From assembly GCF_028368995.1 (NCBI RefSeq), contig NZ_JAQNDL010000003.1, positions 2,816,001 through 2,880,000 on the forward strand: 64,000 bases of DNA, written 5' to 3'. How positions within the stretch are numbered: the first letter of the stretch is position 1; every line of letters starts with the position of its first letter. The notes beneath the pieces were generated by a model. That model did no database searches. It had not been told where the DNA came from and was given only the letters and a program-made list of their open reading frames with translations. Positions 12,088 through 21,560 of this stretch are shown here, piece after piece. The position numbers and the translations under genes were made by a program. The DNA comes from Nannocystis bainbridge (GTDB lineage Bacteria > Myxococcota_A > Polyangia > Nannocystales > Nannocystaceae).

Positions 12088-12660
12088 TCATCGCCCCGCC
12101 TCGGCCCGCTCCACGAGCCGCAGCTCGAGCGCCAGCATCTGTTCGCGCCCGCGCAGTTCGGCTTGCTCGATCGCGTGCAGCAGCACCACCACCGCCGCCG
12201 TCACCAGCAGCGCCAGCGACACCCCCAGCATCGTCAGCGCCTGCGGCCCCGGCGAGGCAGCAGCCAGCGCCCCCACCATCCCGACCGTGACCAGCGTGAA
12301 GCCGAAGGCCATGCGCGCCGCCGCCCCGCGATCGCGGCGGCGGTGCACCGCTCCGCGTCGCAGCACCCCAGCCGCCCACAGCGACCAGCTGGCCCCGAAG
12401 GCCGCGCACAGCATCAGCACCGCCCGGGTCAGCGGCGGCAGCGTGTCCGGCTCGCTCACCACCAGACTCGCGCACACCCCCGCGCCCACCAGCCCTGCCG
12501 TCGCCACCAGCGCGTGCAGCAGCCGCTGCGGCAGCGTCAACGGCCGCACCAGCAGCGCCTCCATCTGCCGGCGATGCTGCTCGCGCAGGGCCGCCGACGT
12601 GTGCGTCTGCTCGAGCGCGAGCAGCTCGTCCGAGAACCTCTTCGATTGATCTCCCATCAT
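12088..12660 (-). CDS. Putative membrane anti-sigma factor
   Basis: About four TM helices; directly downstream of the ECF sigma gene; GGAG RBS before ATG 12660. Confidence 0.6.
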   Translation of the reverse strand: MMGDQSKRFSDELLALEQTHTSAALREQHRRQMEALLVRPLTLPQRLLHALVATAGLVGAGVCASLVVSEPDTLPPLTRAVLMLCAAFGASWSLWAAGVLRRGAVHRRRDRGAAARMAFGFTLVTVGMVGALAAASPGPQALTMLGVSLALLVTAAVVVLLHAIEQAELRGREQMLALELRLVERAEAGR

Positions 12661-12703
12661 CGATCTCCTTCCATCTCCCCAAAGCAATGAAATTGTCCCG
12701 TTC

Positions 12704-13249
12704 TCATGATTCGCCTGTCAGCACCGCGCGCAGCGCTCGTCGGGCCTTGAACAGCCGGGATTTCACCGTGCCCGGCGGGATCGCCAGCACCTCGGCGATC
12801 TCCGCGATCGAGAGGTCATCCAAAAAGCACAGCGTCAGCACCTCGCGGTCGACCGGCGGCAGGCGGGCCAGCCCGGCGTAGACCTGCTCGGCGTCCGCCC
12901 AGCGCTCCAGCGGATCGTCCTCGTCGACCGGCTCCGGTGCGTCGGTCGCGGTGCGCTCGCGTTCGGCGTAGCGGCCGCGCAGGTGGCTCATCAGCGTATT
13001 GCGGGCGATCGCGTACAGCCACTGCGGCAGGCGCCCTGGCTCGCGCAGGCGATCGATCCGCGAGAGCACGGCCACCCACACCTCCTGCATCACCTGCCAC
13101 GCCGCCTCCTCCTCGGCCAGCATGCGGCGGACGTAGAAGAACAGGCGCGGCTCCCACACGCGCACCAGCTCGGCCAGCGCAGCGGGCTCGCCTCGCCGGC
13201 AGCGGAGCGCCAGCAGTTCATGACGGATACGGTCGTTCTCGCGGCTCAT
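12704..13249 (-). CDS. ECF RNA polymerase sigma factor
   Basis: Region 2 (QEVWVAV...WLYAIARN) and region 4 (LSIAEIAEVLAIPPGTVKSRLFKAR). Confidence 0.93.
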   Translation of the reverse strand: MSRENDRIRHELLALRCRRGEPAALAELVRVWEPRLFFYVRRMLAEEEAAWQVMQEVWVAVLSRIDRLREPGRLPQWLYAIARNTLMSHLRGRYAERERTATDAPEPVDEDDPLERWADAEQVYAGLARLPPVDREVLTLCFLDDLSIAEIAEVLAIPPGTVKSRLFKARRALRAVLTGES

Positions 13250-14046
13250 CGGTGCTCGTCCCGGTACAGTCGCCGACCCCGGGCCCCCGGTTCACGCCCG
13301 GGTGAAAATTTCTCACAGGGCCTCGTTGCGGGCCCCTGGCGCCGGTATTTCCCGGGCAGGGGACCCCGCGCAGCACGCGTGCCCCCGGGCGACGTCCCCG
13401 GTTCGAGGGATGCGTCCGCCTCGACCTCGCTACCCGCGGCCGCGAGGGTCCGGTCGGCTCCGAGCTCGTCCCGACCTGGCCCTTCAGACATCTATACATT
13501 CACCCAGCGGCGCGCCGGTCGCCGCGCGGCGGGTGCGACGAATGTCCCACCGGCGGTCACTCGCGGCCCGCCCTCACCCCGTGTATGACCACTACCCTCA
13601 ATGACCATACCGTCGAATCACGACAGCCCGGCGAACGCTCCTGCCCGTGCGCGGCGGGCTCCGGGGCCGCCGCGGGCGCGCCGCTTGTCCAATGAATCCA
13701 GCCAGTTCCCCCGCCACGCCGCGCGGCGGCCCGGACGCGGCCCGCGGCGCGGCGTCCGGTCCTCGCGGCGCGGCGGGCGATGCACGCCAATCACTATGTC
13801 TATTGTGTAGCGCGTTACATCCTGGCGGACCGCGGCGGGAATTCGCGGCTGCGCGGGCTCGTCCGGCGATCGGTCGGCACCCATGATTTCACCGGTCTAT
13901 TCGCGTCTCGGCCGCGCGGCGACGGCCCCGCGCGGCCGCTTCCGGCCATACGTCGCCATTGCTCGCCTGCGCGACGCCATCATCCTTCGAATCGGAGCGG
14001 CCGCGGGGCTCCACCCGCCGTCCTCCGCAAGAAAGGATTTGCTACC

Positions 14047-14646
14047 ATGTCTCGCAACATTCTCATGTTGGCCCCTGCGCTCGCGTTCGCTCTGCCGTTC
14101 GTCACCTCCCAGCCGACGATGGCGCGTCCCCTGGCCACCCCGGCCCCCGAGACGCTGTGGGGCGGCCACGACGACGATGATGACGACGACGACCACGGGG
14201 GCGACGACGTGATCGGCCTGCTGGTCTGCTTCGAGGCGCAGATCGTGCTCGGGGAGGAGAACCGCGCCCTCTCGTGCGACCTCGTCGAGGGCCCGCAGTG
14301 CCTCTCCAACTGCACCGCCGAGGCGGTCGCCCCGCTGTGCGCCTCGGAGATCGCCACCCGCGCCCGCGGCGGTGACTTCGCCTCCTGTCAGGAGGAGCGC
14401 CTGGCCGCCTGCCGCAGTCAATGCGAGACCGGCGGCGCCGCCTTCTGCCACGAGGGCGCGGCCCTCGAGGCCCGCGACGGCAAGCACGACGACGACGACG
14501 ACGACAACGACGACAACAACCACAAGGACGACGACGACGATGACGACGACATCCAGTCGAACATCGACATCCACGAGGAGGACGGCCTGATCTTCATCGA
14601 CATCGAGATCTGCCTCGACCTCATGATCGACCCCGACCGGCTCTGA
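14047..14646 (+). CDS. Secreted Cys-rich protein with poly-Asp tracts
   Basis: Signal peptide MSRNILMLAPALAFALPF; HDDDDDDDDH and DDDDDDNDDNNHKDDDDDDDD tracts flank a Cys-rich core. Confidence 0.7.
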   Translation: MSRNILMLAPALAFALPFVTSQPTMARPLATPAPETLWGGHDDDDDDDDHGGDDVIGLLVCFEAQIVLGEENRALSCDLVEGPQCLSNCTAEAVAPLCASEIATRARGGDFASCQEERLAACRSQCETGGAAFCHEGAALEARDGKHDDDDDDNDDNNHKDDDDDDDDIQSNIDIHEEDGLIFIDIEICLDLMIDPDRL

Positions 14647-14706
14647 TCGGCGCAGCGCCCAGCGCCTGGCCGCGATCGGCGCTTCGCCGGTCGCGGCCCC
14701 TTCGCG

Positions 14707-15810
14707 TCACAGGCCCTGCACGAACTCCCAGATCCGCTGGCCGCCGAACAGCGGCCAGCCGTGGGTGGTGTCGTCGTAACCACCCTCGCTGTGCTCGCAC
14801 CACACCACCGGCGCGCCGGGATCGCAGCCCTGGTACGCCGCGCAAGCGTGGCTCTCGGGCTCGGCCTCGACCGCGGCGTGGACCTCGGCGATCGTCGGCA
14901 CCGTGTCCTCACCGCAGCCGTCGCGCTCGCGCCAGAAATCGCGCGCCTGCTCGCCGTTGTCGAACGGTACGTGCACGTCGGCGATCCCGTGGATCACCAG
15001 CGCCGCGACCTTGTCGACGCAGCCGTCCTTCTCGGGCAAGTAGCCAGCCACCGGCGCTATCGCCAGCAGCCGGTCGCCGAACCGACAGCCGAGGATGTTG
15101 ACAAAATGCGCGCCCGAGCTGGTGCCGGCGGCGAACACCCGCGCCTCGTCGACACAATACTCGCCGACCATGCGATCGAGCACCGCCGTGAAGAACTCGG
15201 CGTTGATCTCGCGCTCGCCGTCGCCTTCCCAGCCGGTCCCGCCGAGCGACGTCATGTAGATCAGGATCGCGTGCTCCTGCATCGCCGCCTGAAACCCGGC
15301 GCAATCACCGTCCTGACAATTGGGCCCGGTGCGGTTGCGACCGTGGAAGGCGAAGCCGAGCGGATACGGCGTATTGGGATCGTAGTTGGGAGGCAGCGAC
15401 ACGATGTACTGCCCCGATTGACCCTGCACCGAGATCTTGTGCGCCCCGCTCGACGGATTCATCGCACCACAGCCCGCGCTGCCGACCGGCTCGATGGGGC
15501 CCGTCGTCGTGCTCGGATCGGTGGTCGTCGTGCTCGCTTCGGTCGTCGGCTCCCCGGTCGTCGGCTCCCCGGTCGTCGGCGCGCCGGTCGTGCCCGCGTC
15601 CGTGCTCGTCGAGGCCGCGGCGGTCGTCCCGCCGGTGGTCGTGCTGGCCTCGCCGGTGGGCCCGCCGGTGCTCGTCGACGCGTCCGTCGTGCCCGTCGTG
15701 GTCGCCACGCCCGTCGCGTCGGTGTCACCGCCGCCGCCGCCCGAGCAGCCGCCGATCGCCCCGACCGCCAGCCACCCCACCCACCACAGATCGCGCAATC
15801 CGAGGATCAT
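14707..15810 (-). CDS. PHB depolymerase/feruloyl esterase-like (LpqC-type) lipoprotein
   Basis: Lipobox IGGC, Thr linker, FAFHG, GTSSG nucleophile elbow, IHGIADVHV and HGWP. Confidence 0.85.
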   Translation of the reverse strand: MILGLRDLWWVGWLAVGAIGGCSGGGGGDTDATGVATTTGTTDASTSTGGPTGEASTTTGGTTAAASTSTDAGTTGAPTTGEPTTGEPTTEASTTTTDPSTTTGPIEPVGSAGCGAMNPSSGAHKISVQGQSGQYIVSLPPNYDPNTPYPLGFAFHGRNRTGPNCQDGDCAGFQAAMQEHAILIYMTSLGGTGWEGDGEREINAEFFTAVLDRMVGEYCVDEARVFAAGTSSGAHFVNILGCRFGDRLLAIAPVAGYLPEKDGCVDKVAALVIHGIADVHVPFDNGEQARDFWRERDGCGEDTVPTIAEVHAAVEAEPESHACAAYQGCDPGAPVVWCEHSEGGYDDTTHGWPLFGGQRIWEFVQGL

Positions 15811-15904
15811 GGGCCACGCTACCAAATCCGCGGCGGTCCGGCGAATCGACGCGGCGCGTTCTCGATCGGTCGACACCCTGCGGCGAATCGGCGACCCTCG
15901 GCGC

Positions 15905-16735
15905 ATGCGCGATCCTCGAGAGGTCTCACGCTCGGACGCCGCGGCGATGGGGGCAGAGGCCCTGAAGGTCTGTCACGCCGGTCGATACACCGCGCCCTCG
16001 GGCCGGGTCGTCGCGCTGGATGATCCGATCGCCCGCGCGATCGCCGGGACCACCGACATCCCGCCCGACCTCGACCTCGACCTCGCGCCGGGCGGCGACC
16101 GGCCCGTGCGCTTCGAGGTCGTCAATGTCAGCACTCTGGTCGCCGCGCGCCGGCTCCACGACGCCGGCCGCGACGTCGTCGCCCTCAACTTCGCCTCCGC
16201 GCGCCGCCCGGGCGGCGGCTTCCTGTCGGGCGCGCGGGCCCAGGAGGAGTCGCTGTGCCGCGCCTCCGCGCTCTTCGTATGTCTCGAAGGCCAGGCGATG
16301 TACCGCCACCACGACGGCTGGCAGGACGCGATGCACGGCGACCGTATGGTCCATTCGCCGGCGGTCCCGGTGTTTCGCGGCGACCACGGCCCGCTGCTCG
16401 AGCAGCCGTGGCCCTGCGGCTTCATCACCGCCGCCGCGCCCAACCGCAACGCCCTGCGCCGCCACGCCCCCGAGCGCGAGCCGGAGCTGCCGCGAGTGTT
16501 CGCCGCCCGCATCGCCCGCGTGCTCGCGGTCGCCGCCCGCGCCGGCCACGACGCCGTGGTCCTCGGCGCCTGGGGCTGCGGCGCGTTCGGCTGCGACCCC
16601 GAGCTCGTCGCCGAGCAGTTCCACGCCGCCCTGTCCGGCCCGTTCCGCGGCACCTTCGCGCACGTCGTGTTCGCCGTCCTCGACACCAGCCCCGAGCGCC
16701 GCACCATCGCCCCGTTCGAGCGCCGGTTTACATGA
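15905..16735 (+). CDS. TIGR02452/DUF2263 macro-domain protein (bacterial PARG-like)
   Basis: LNFASARRPGGGFLSGARAQEESLCRAS and VLGAWGCGAFG signatures. Confidence 0.93.
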   Translation: MRDPREVSRSDAAAMGAEALKVCHAGRYTAPSGRVVALDDPIARAIAGTTDIPPDLDLDLAPGGDRPVRFEVVNVSTLVAARRLHDAGRDVVALNFASARRPGGGFLSGARAQEESLCRASALFVCLEGQAMYRHHDGWQDAMHGDRMVHSPAVPVFRGDHGPLLEQPWPCGFITAAAPNRNALRRHAPEREPELPRVFAARIARVLAVAARAGHDAVVLGAWGCGAFGCDPELVAEQFHAALSGPFRGTFAHVVFAVLDTSPERRTIAPFERRFT

Positions 16736-16776
16736 CCGATAGGACATGTCTACATGAACATGTCCTATCGTTCATC

Positions 16777-17409
16777 TCATGATCTTCTGGCCCCGATCCT
16801 GAATCGCAGCACCATCAGCGCCAGCGGCATGTAGCGCCCGAGCACCAGCGCGTTCGGCGGCCCCATGTAGAGCAGCGACATCCCGGTGGCCAGCAGCGCC
16901 TCGCGCACGGGCGGGTTGGCCTTCAGCTTGGCCTCGGTCGCGCGCGCGATCAGCACCCCGTGCTCGACCGAATTGACCGCGATCTCCTCGCCGCGCCAGC
17001 GGAACGTCCGGCGCCCGCCGGTGCCGAAGCGCCGCCTCTCCGCCGTGTCCGCCGCCACCGCCGCCCGGGCCGGCGAGTCCTCCTCCAGCTTCAAGCATTG
17101 ATGAAAGCAGCTCACGCTGCAGCACGCGAGCCCGTCGAGCACGAACGGCGCCGGCCATTCGCTGGACAGCGGCGACATGGAGATCATGTGATTGACCGGC
17201 CGCCGCTGCGCGGCCCGCCACGCCTCGTACGCGCGCGCGTCCAGCTTCAGCGCGTGGGCCTCGTGCCGGGCCGCGTGCGCGTCCGCGACCGTCGCTCGCC
17301 GGCCCAGGTAGAGCAGCCCCTCGAGCTCCGGATCGTCGGGGTCGATCGCCCGACAGACATCCTCGACGCCGCGACCCCTCAGCAGCTCTCGCAGCGGTGG
17401 CGCGCCCAT
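16777..17409 (-). CDS. NADAR/YbiA-like protein
   Basis: SCFHQCLK...ATEAKLKANPPVREALLATG resembles the NADAR KF.QN..L...LL.TG motif. Confidence 0.55.
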   Translation of the reverse strand: MGAPPLRELLRGRGVEDVCRAIDPDDPELEGLLYLGRRATVADAHAARHEAHALKLDARAYEAWRAAQRRPVNHMISMSPLSSEWPAPFVLDGLACCSVSCFHQCLKLEEDSPARAAVAADTAERRRFGTGGRRTFRWRGEEIAVNSVEHGVLIARATEAKLKANPPVREALLATGMSLLYMGPPNALVLGRYMPLALMVLRFRIGARRS

Positions 17410-17464
17410 CGGTCGACTATACGCCGCGTCGTGGGGCCCCGTGATTTCCTGTTACCCTCGGTTC

Positions 17465-18745
17465 ATGCGTGTCCGCGCCGCCTGTCGCCGCTCGTGCCTC
17501 ACCGGCGCGCTCGTGCTCCTCGCGTGCAGCGCGAGCCCACCGCCCGCGAGCGACCCGCCGCCCGTGCGCGCCGGGGTCCCGGCCGCGCCCGAACCTGCGC
17601 CGCCCGAATCAGCCGAATCTCCGCCCGCGCCCGCGAACAACCCTGCGGCGATCGCCGGCCCGCTCGACTACGCCGTGATCGACGGCGGCGTGCTCGTCGT
17701 GTGGTCGCGCCACGACGGCGACGCCAGCGAGATCGTCGCCCAGCGCCTGGACCCGCGCGGCCAGCCGCTCGCGCCGCCCCGGCACGTCCTGCGCAGCGAG
17801 GGCGAGATCGTCGACCTCGAGCTCAGCCACGCCCGGGGTCACGCGTGGATCGCCTACGTCGCCGAGCTCGACGCCGAGACGGCGAGCGGGCTGCTCGGCG
17901 TCATCGGGCTCGCGGGCGACCTCACCGTCTCACGCACGCACGTCCTCGATCGCTTCACCGCCGTGGCCCTGTCCGCCTGGGGTGGTTCGCGCGTGCGGGT
18001 GCAGGCGCAGGGGCCCGAAGCCGCCGTGGTCGCCTCGATCGGCGACCCGGTCATCTGCCGCGATCGCGTGCTCCGGCGCGACCGTCCGTGCCCCGGCTAT
18101 CACCTGTTCGGCGTGCGCGGCGACGGCTTCGATCGCGTCGCCAGCGTCGGCGTCGACGGCGGTCAGGCCGACATGGGCCGCCTCGTCGATGTCGGCGCCG
18201 GCGTCCTCCTCGACGTCTGGGCCTGGCACGGCGGCCCCACCCACGCCGACCTCTACCTGCCACGTGGCGCCACCGCGGCGCGTAAGCCGAAGTTCCGCCG
18301 CGTCGCCTGCCGTCCCCCGTTCCGCCGCGATTTCGACGGCGAGGCGCTGGTCTCGTGGTGCGCCAGCGATGACCTCGAAGCAGACTGCCAGGGCGACCCC
18401 CAGGGCTGCGCCCAGATCCACCTCGTCACCCTCGCCGACCGCGTCCTTACCCCGCGCACGGGCCAGCCCGGCGTCCCGATCACCGGCCAGGCGCTCCGCT
18501 GCAGCGGCGGTCGGCCCGTCCTCGACCTCACCTGGCAGGGCGGCTCGCGGCGGTTCGACCCGCAGGCCCCCGGCGCCGACCTCGACCTCCGGCTCGAGCT
18601 CGGCGTGTGGACCGGCGAGCTCGGCCTGCAGATCGCCGAGGACGGCCAGCTCACCCGCCTCCGCTGCGGCCCTGACGATCGCCTCGCGCGCGACCCCGAG
18701 CCCGCCGCTCCGCTCGACCTCGGCGCTGTCGCGACACCGCCGTGA
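17465..18745 (+). CDS. Hypothetical lipoprotein
   Basis: LVLLAC lipobox, Pro-rich linker, host codon bias. Confidence 0.7.
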   Translation: MRVRAACRRSCLTGALVLLACSASPPPASDPPPVRAGVPAAPEPAPPESAESPPAPANNPAAIAGPLDYAVIDGGVLVVWSRHDGDASEIVAQRLDPRGQPLAPPRHVLRSEGEIVDLELSHARGHAWIAYVAELDAETASGLLGVIGLAGDLTVSRTHVLDRFTAVALSAWGGSRVRVQAQGPEAAVVASIGDPVICRDRVLRRDRPCPGYHLFGVRGDGFDRVASVGVDGGQADMGRLVDVGAGVLLDVWAWHGGPTHADLYLPRGATAARKPKFRRVACRPPFRRDFDGEALVSWCASDDLEADCQGDPQGCAQIHLVTLADRVLTPRTGQPGVPITGQALRCSGGRPVLDLTWQGGSRRFDPQAPGADLDLRLELGVWTGELGLQIAEDGQLTRLRCGPDDRLARDPEPAAPLDLGAVATPP

Positions 18746-18802
18746 ATGTCTCTAAGGACATACCCCTTCGGACATGTCCTCGAAGCCAGCTCGTTCGCCG
18801 GC

Positions 18803-19276
18803 TCAGCGGTTGAGGTGCCAGATCGCCGCGTTCAGGGCGAACGCGAACGTCAGCCACAGCAGGTGCGGGACCTGCAGCATCCCCGCCGCCGGGCGGACCC
18901 TCCAGAACGCGCGGATCATCGACACCAGCGCGAACCACTGCACGCCGATGCACACCAGCGACAGGTCGGGCCGGTGGAGGCCGAAGAACAGCGGGGACCA
19001 GGCCGCATTGAGCATCAGGTTGAGCAGGAACAGCGCGATCGCCCACGGCACCAGCGGGTGCTTGTCCTTGCGCGCGACCAGGTAGATGCTGAGGCCCATC
19101 GAAGCGTACAGCGCCGTCCACACCGGGCCGAACACCGCGTCGGGCGGGGTCCAGTCGGGCTTCGTCAGGCGGTGGTACCAGCGGTCGGGCCCGAAGAAGA
19201 TCCCGGTCGTCGCGGGCACGTAGGCCAAGCCGATCCAGAACAGCAGGCTCAGGGGTGAAAATCGGCGGTGCTGCAT
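18803..19276 (-). CDS. tspO: TspO/MBR tryptophan-rich sensory protein
   Basis: WYHRLTKPDWTPPDAVFGPVWTALY and LNAAWSPLFFG. Confidence 0.92.
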   Translation of the reverse strand: MQHRRFSPLSLLFWIGLAYVPATTGIFFGPDRWYHRLTKPDWTPPDAVFGPVWTALYASMGLSIYLVARKDKHPLVPWAIALFLLNLMLNAAWSPLFFGLHRPDLSLVCIGVQWFALVSMIRAFWRVRPAAGMLQVPHLLWLTFAFALNAAIWHLNR

Positions 19277-19376
19277 GGTCGCAAGATTGAGGGGGATCGG
19301 CATCTGCGGCAACTCGCGGCGGGCGCGATGCAGACGATCGCCGCGCCTCGCTCGAGCTCGCCGCCTCGCGGCGCCC

Positions 19377-19907
19377 TCAGCCGTCGTGCCACTCGGCCAG
19401 CGTGTTCAGCAGCGCCTCGGTGAAGCAGGCCGTGGGCGCGTCGCGCATGCGTATGAACGGGAACTCGCGCACGTTCGCGTGGCGGAGCGTCCCCGCCTCG
19501 TCGAGGAACAGCGCGCTGCCGAAGGGCAGCGGGTTACCGACCTCGACCACCGGGATCCACGCCTGCAGCGCCTCGCCGTTCGCGCGCGCCGTCGCGTCGA
19601 CCTCCGGCAGCGAGCGCCAGGTCGTCTCGACGTACTCGGCGACCGCACGACGCGCCGCCTCGATCGTGCGGCGCTCACCGTCCTCGGCCGCCAGCGTCGT
19701 CACCGAGTTGGTGGCGATCCAGCCGTACTGCTGCAGGAACTCGGCCAGGCTCGGCGGCAGCGCGCATCCGAGCCGCTGCTGCAGCGCCGCGATCGCCCCC
19801 GGCAGCGCGCCGGCCGGCGCCCGTCGCAGTCGCACATGCTTCGAGAGCCACGCGAGCGCCGCCTCGACGCTGTCGCGCGGCATCGCCTCCTCGTCCTCGT
19901 CCATCAC
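19377..19907 (-). CDS. SMI1/KNR4 (SUKH)-like protein
   Basis: IAALQQRLGCALPPSLAEFLQQYG matches the SUKH helix-LP..Y/L..FL motif; ATGA overlap with the upstream reb-like gene. Confidence 0.6.
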   Translation of the reverse strand: MMDEDEEAMPRDSVEAALAWLSKHVRLRRAPAGALPGAIAALQQRLGCALPPSLAEFLQQYGWIATNSVTTLAAEDGERRTIEAARRAVAEYVETTWRSLPEVDATARANGEALQAWIPVVEVGNPLPFGSALFLDEAGTLRHANVREFPFIRMRDAPTACFTEALLNTLAEWHDG

Positions 19908-20299
19908 TCGCCGCGGCCCGCCAGCACCCGCGCCGCCGCCTGGGTCGCGACCGCCTGGCCGAGCAGGTTCAGGTGCTGCTGGGCCGTCACCGCGTTGAAC
20001 AGCGCCAGCGCGATCGCCTGCGTCGCCACCTGGTAGAGCGCCGCGCGAGCCAGGCCCGTCGGGTCGTCCGCGGCGTCCTGTGAAGGTGAACTTTCGGACA
20101 TGTCCGCAGGAGCAGGCATCGCGATCACCGACGGGGCGATCGCCGGCATGTCGACCCCGCCGGCCGCCGCGAGGGCGACGATGCCGTGGCGCTGAGCCGC
20201 CAGGACCGAGTCGAACTGCGCCAGCACCTGCGCCACCGTCGAGGTCACCGTCGCCGCCGCCCTGGCGAACGCCTCCGCCTCGTCGCGCGCGGCCGTCAC
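19904..20299 (-). CDS. RebB-family (R-body) protein, divergent
   Basis: C-terminal ALYQVATQAIALALFNAVTAQQHLNLLGQAVATQ is the Reb core. Confidence 0.8.
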   Translation of the reverse strand: MTAARDEAEAFARAAATVTSTVAQVLAQFDSVLAAQRHGIVALAAAGGVDMPAIAPSVIAMPAPADMSESSPSQDAADDPTGLARAALYQVATQAIALALFNAVTAQQHLNLLGQAVATQAAARVLAGRGE

Positions 20300-20577
20300 T
20301 TCGTCGCCCCGGCGCTCGCGGTGTCGATCGAGTACAGCAGCGCCACGCCCTGGGTCGTGGCAGCCTGGGCGAGCGTGTTCAGCTGCTGCTGGGCCGCCAC
20401 CGCGTTCTGGTACGCCAGCCCGGTCGCGTGGGCCATCGTCTGAAACAGCGTGCCCATCGCCAGCGCCGGCGAGTCGGCGAGGACCTTGGCGTTGGCCTGG
20501 CTGACGGAGTCGGTGATCTGCTCGTTGACGGCGGTGGAGTCGGTGATCTGCGCGTTGACGGCGGTCTCGGTGGCCAT
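20296..20577 (-). CDS. rebB: RebB-family R-body structural protein
   Basis: VNEQITDSVSQANAKVLADSPALAMGTLFQ...QNAVAAQQQLNTLAQAATTQGV; GGAG RBS. Confidence 0.93.
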   Translation of the reverse strand: MATETAVNAQITDSTAVNEQITDSVSQANAKVLADSPALAMGTLFQTMAHATGLAYQNAVAAQQQLNTLAQAATTQGVALLYSIDTASAGATK

Positions 20578-20596
20578 GGCTCTCCTGTCCTTCGGG

Positions 20597-21421
20597 TCAG
20601 AAGCAGAGGACGACGTTGCACAGGCCGAGGATGTTGCCCTTGACCCCCGCCGGGCAGCAATCCGACTGCGGGTTGGCCTCGTCGAAGATGCAGAACTCGC
20701 CCTGCCCGGCGCACGCCAGCGTCTCGCAGCCCGAGGTGTCGAGCGTGCACGAGCCGGTGCACCCCAGCGCGCCCTGGTCGTAGCCGAGCGTGATGCAGGT
20801 GTTGCCGCCGAGCTGGATCCCGTCGCACTGCTCCGCGCCCTCGCGGACCCCGTTGCCGCACGACGCCAGCGGCGTGCAGCCGGCCGTGTCGATGCTCTTG
20901 CAGTTCTGCGCGCACACCAGGCTGCCGCCGCCGTAGCCGAGGCCCTGGCAGGTCTTGCCGTTGAAGTTGCTGCCGTCGCAGGCCTCGGCCATGTGGACGA
21001 TGTTGTCGCCGCACGTGTAGCAGCCGTCGGTGAACAGCTGGCAGTCAGGCCCGCACGCCAGCGTGCCGGCGCCGTAGCCCTCGGTCATGCACGTGCTGCC
21101 GACCAGCGACTCGCCGTCGCACTCCTCGCCGGCGTCGACGTTGCCGTCGCCGCACACGCCCGCGGGCTCGCTCGTGGCCTGCCCGGTGGAGATCGGGTCG
21201 CCCGAGCCCGGCGAGCTCGAAGTCGGCGCGTCGCTGGTCCCGCTCTCGCTGCCCGAACCGTCACCGCTGCTGCCGTCGCTGTCGCTGACGGTGCCCGGGT
21301 GGGCGGTCGTGATGTTGTGGGTGGTCGGCAGCGGGATCGACCCGGTGTCGCTGATGGTGCCCTCGGCGCAGGCCATCAGCAGGGCGATCGTCAGGCCCGA
21401 CCACGCAAAATTCTTCGGCAT
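20597..21421 (-). CDS. Lipoprotein with myxobacterial Cys-rich (CGDG..E.CDG) repeats
   Basis: LLMAC lipobox; three CG[DN]..E.CDG...TC..LGY..G.L.C repeats. Confidence 0.85.
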   Translation of the reverse strand: MPKNFAWSGLTIALLMACAEGTISDTGSIPLPTTHNITTAHPGTVSDSDGSSGDGSGSESGTSDAPTSSSPGSGDPISTGQATSEPAGVCGDGNVDAGEECDGESLVGSTCMTEGYGAGTLACGPDCQLFTDGCYTCGDNIVHMAEACDGSNFNGKTCQGLGYGGGSLVCAQNCKSIDTAGCTPLASCGNGVREGAEQCDGIQLGGNTCITLGYDQGALGCTGSCTLDTSGCETLACAGQGEFCIFDEANPQSDCCPAGVKGNILGLCNVVLCF

Positions 21422-21560
21422 CCCATCCGAGCCTAACAGCGCCGGCGCGGCCGTGAAGTCGCCCCGACGTCGCCCCCGCGCGCGCACGCGCCCGCGAACG
21501 CGAGAGGTTCCTCATTGCTCCGCGCCGACGCCTCCGCGTTCGCGCGCCTGCGCGATCGAC

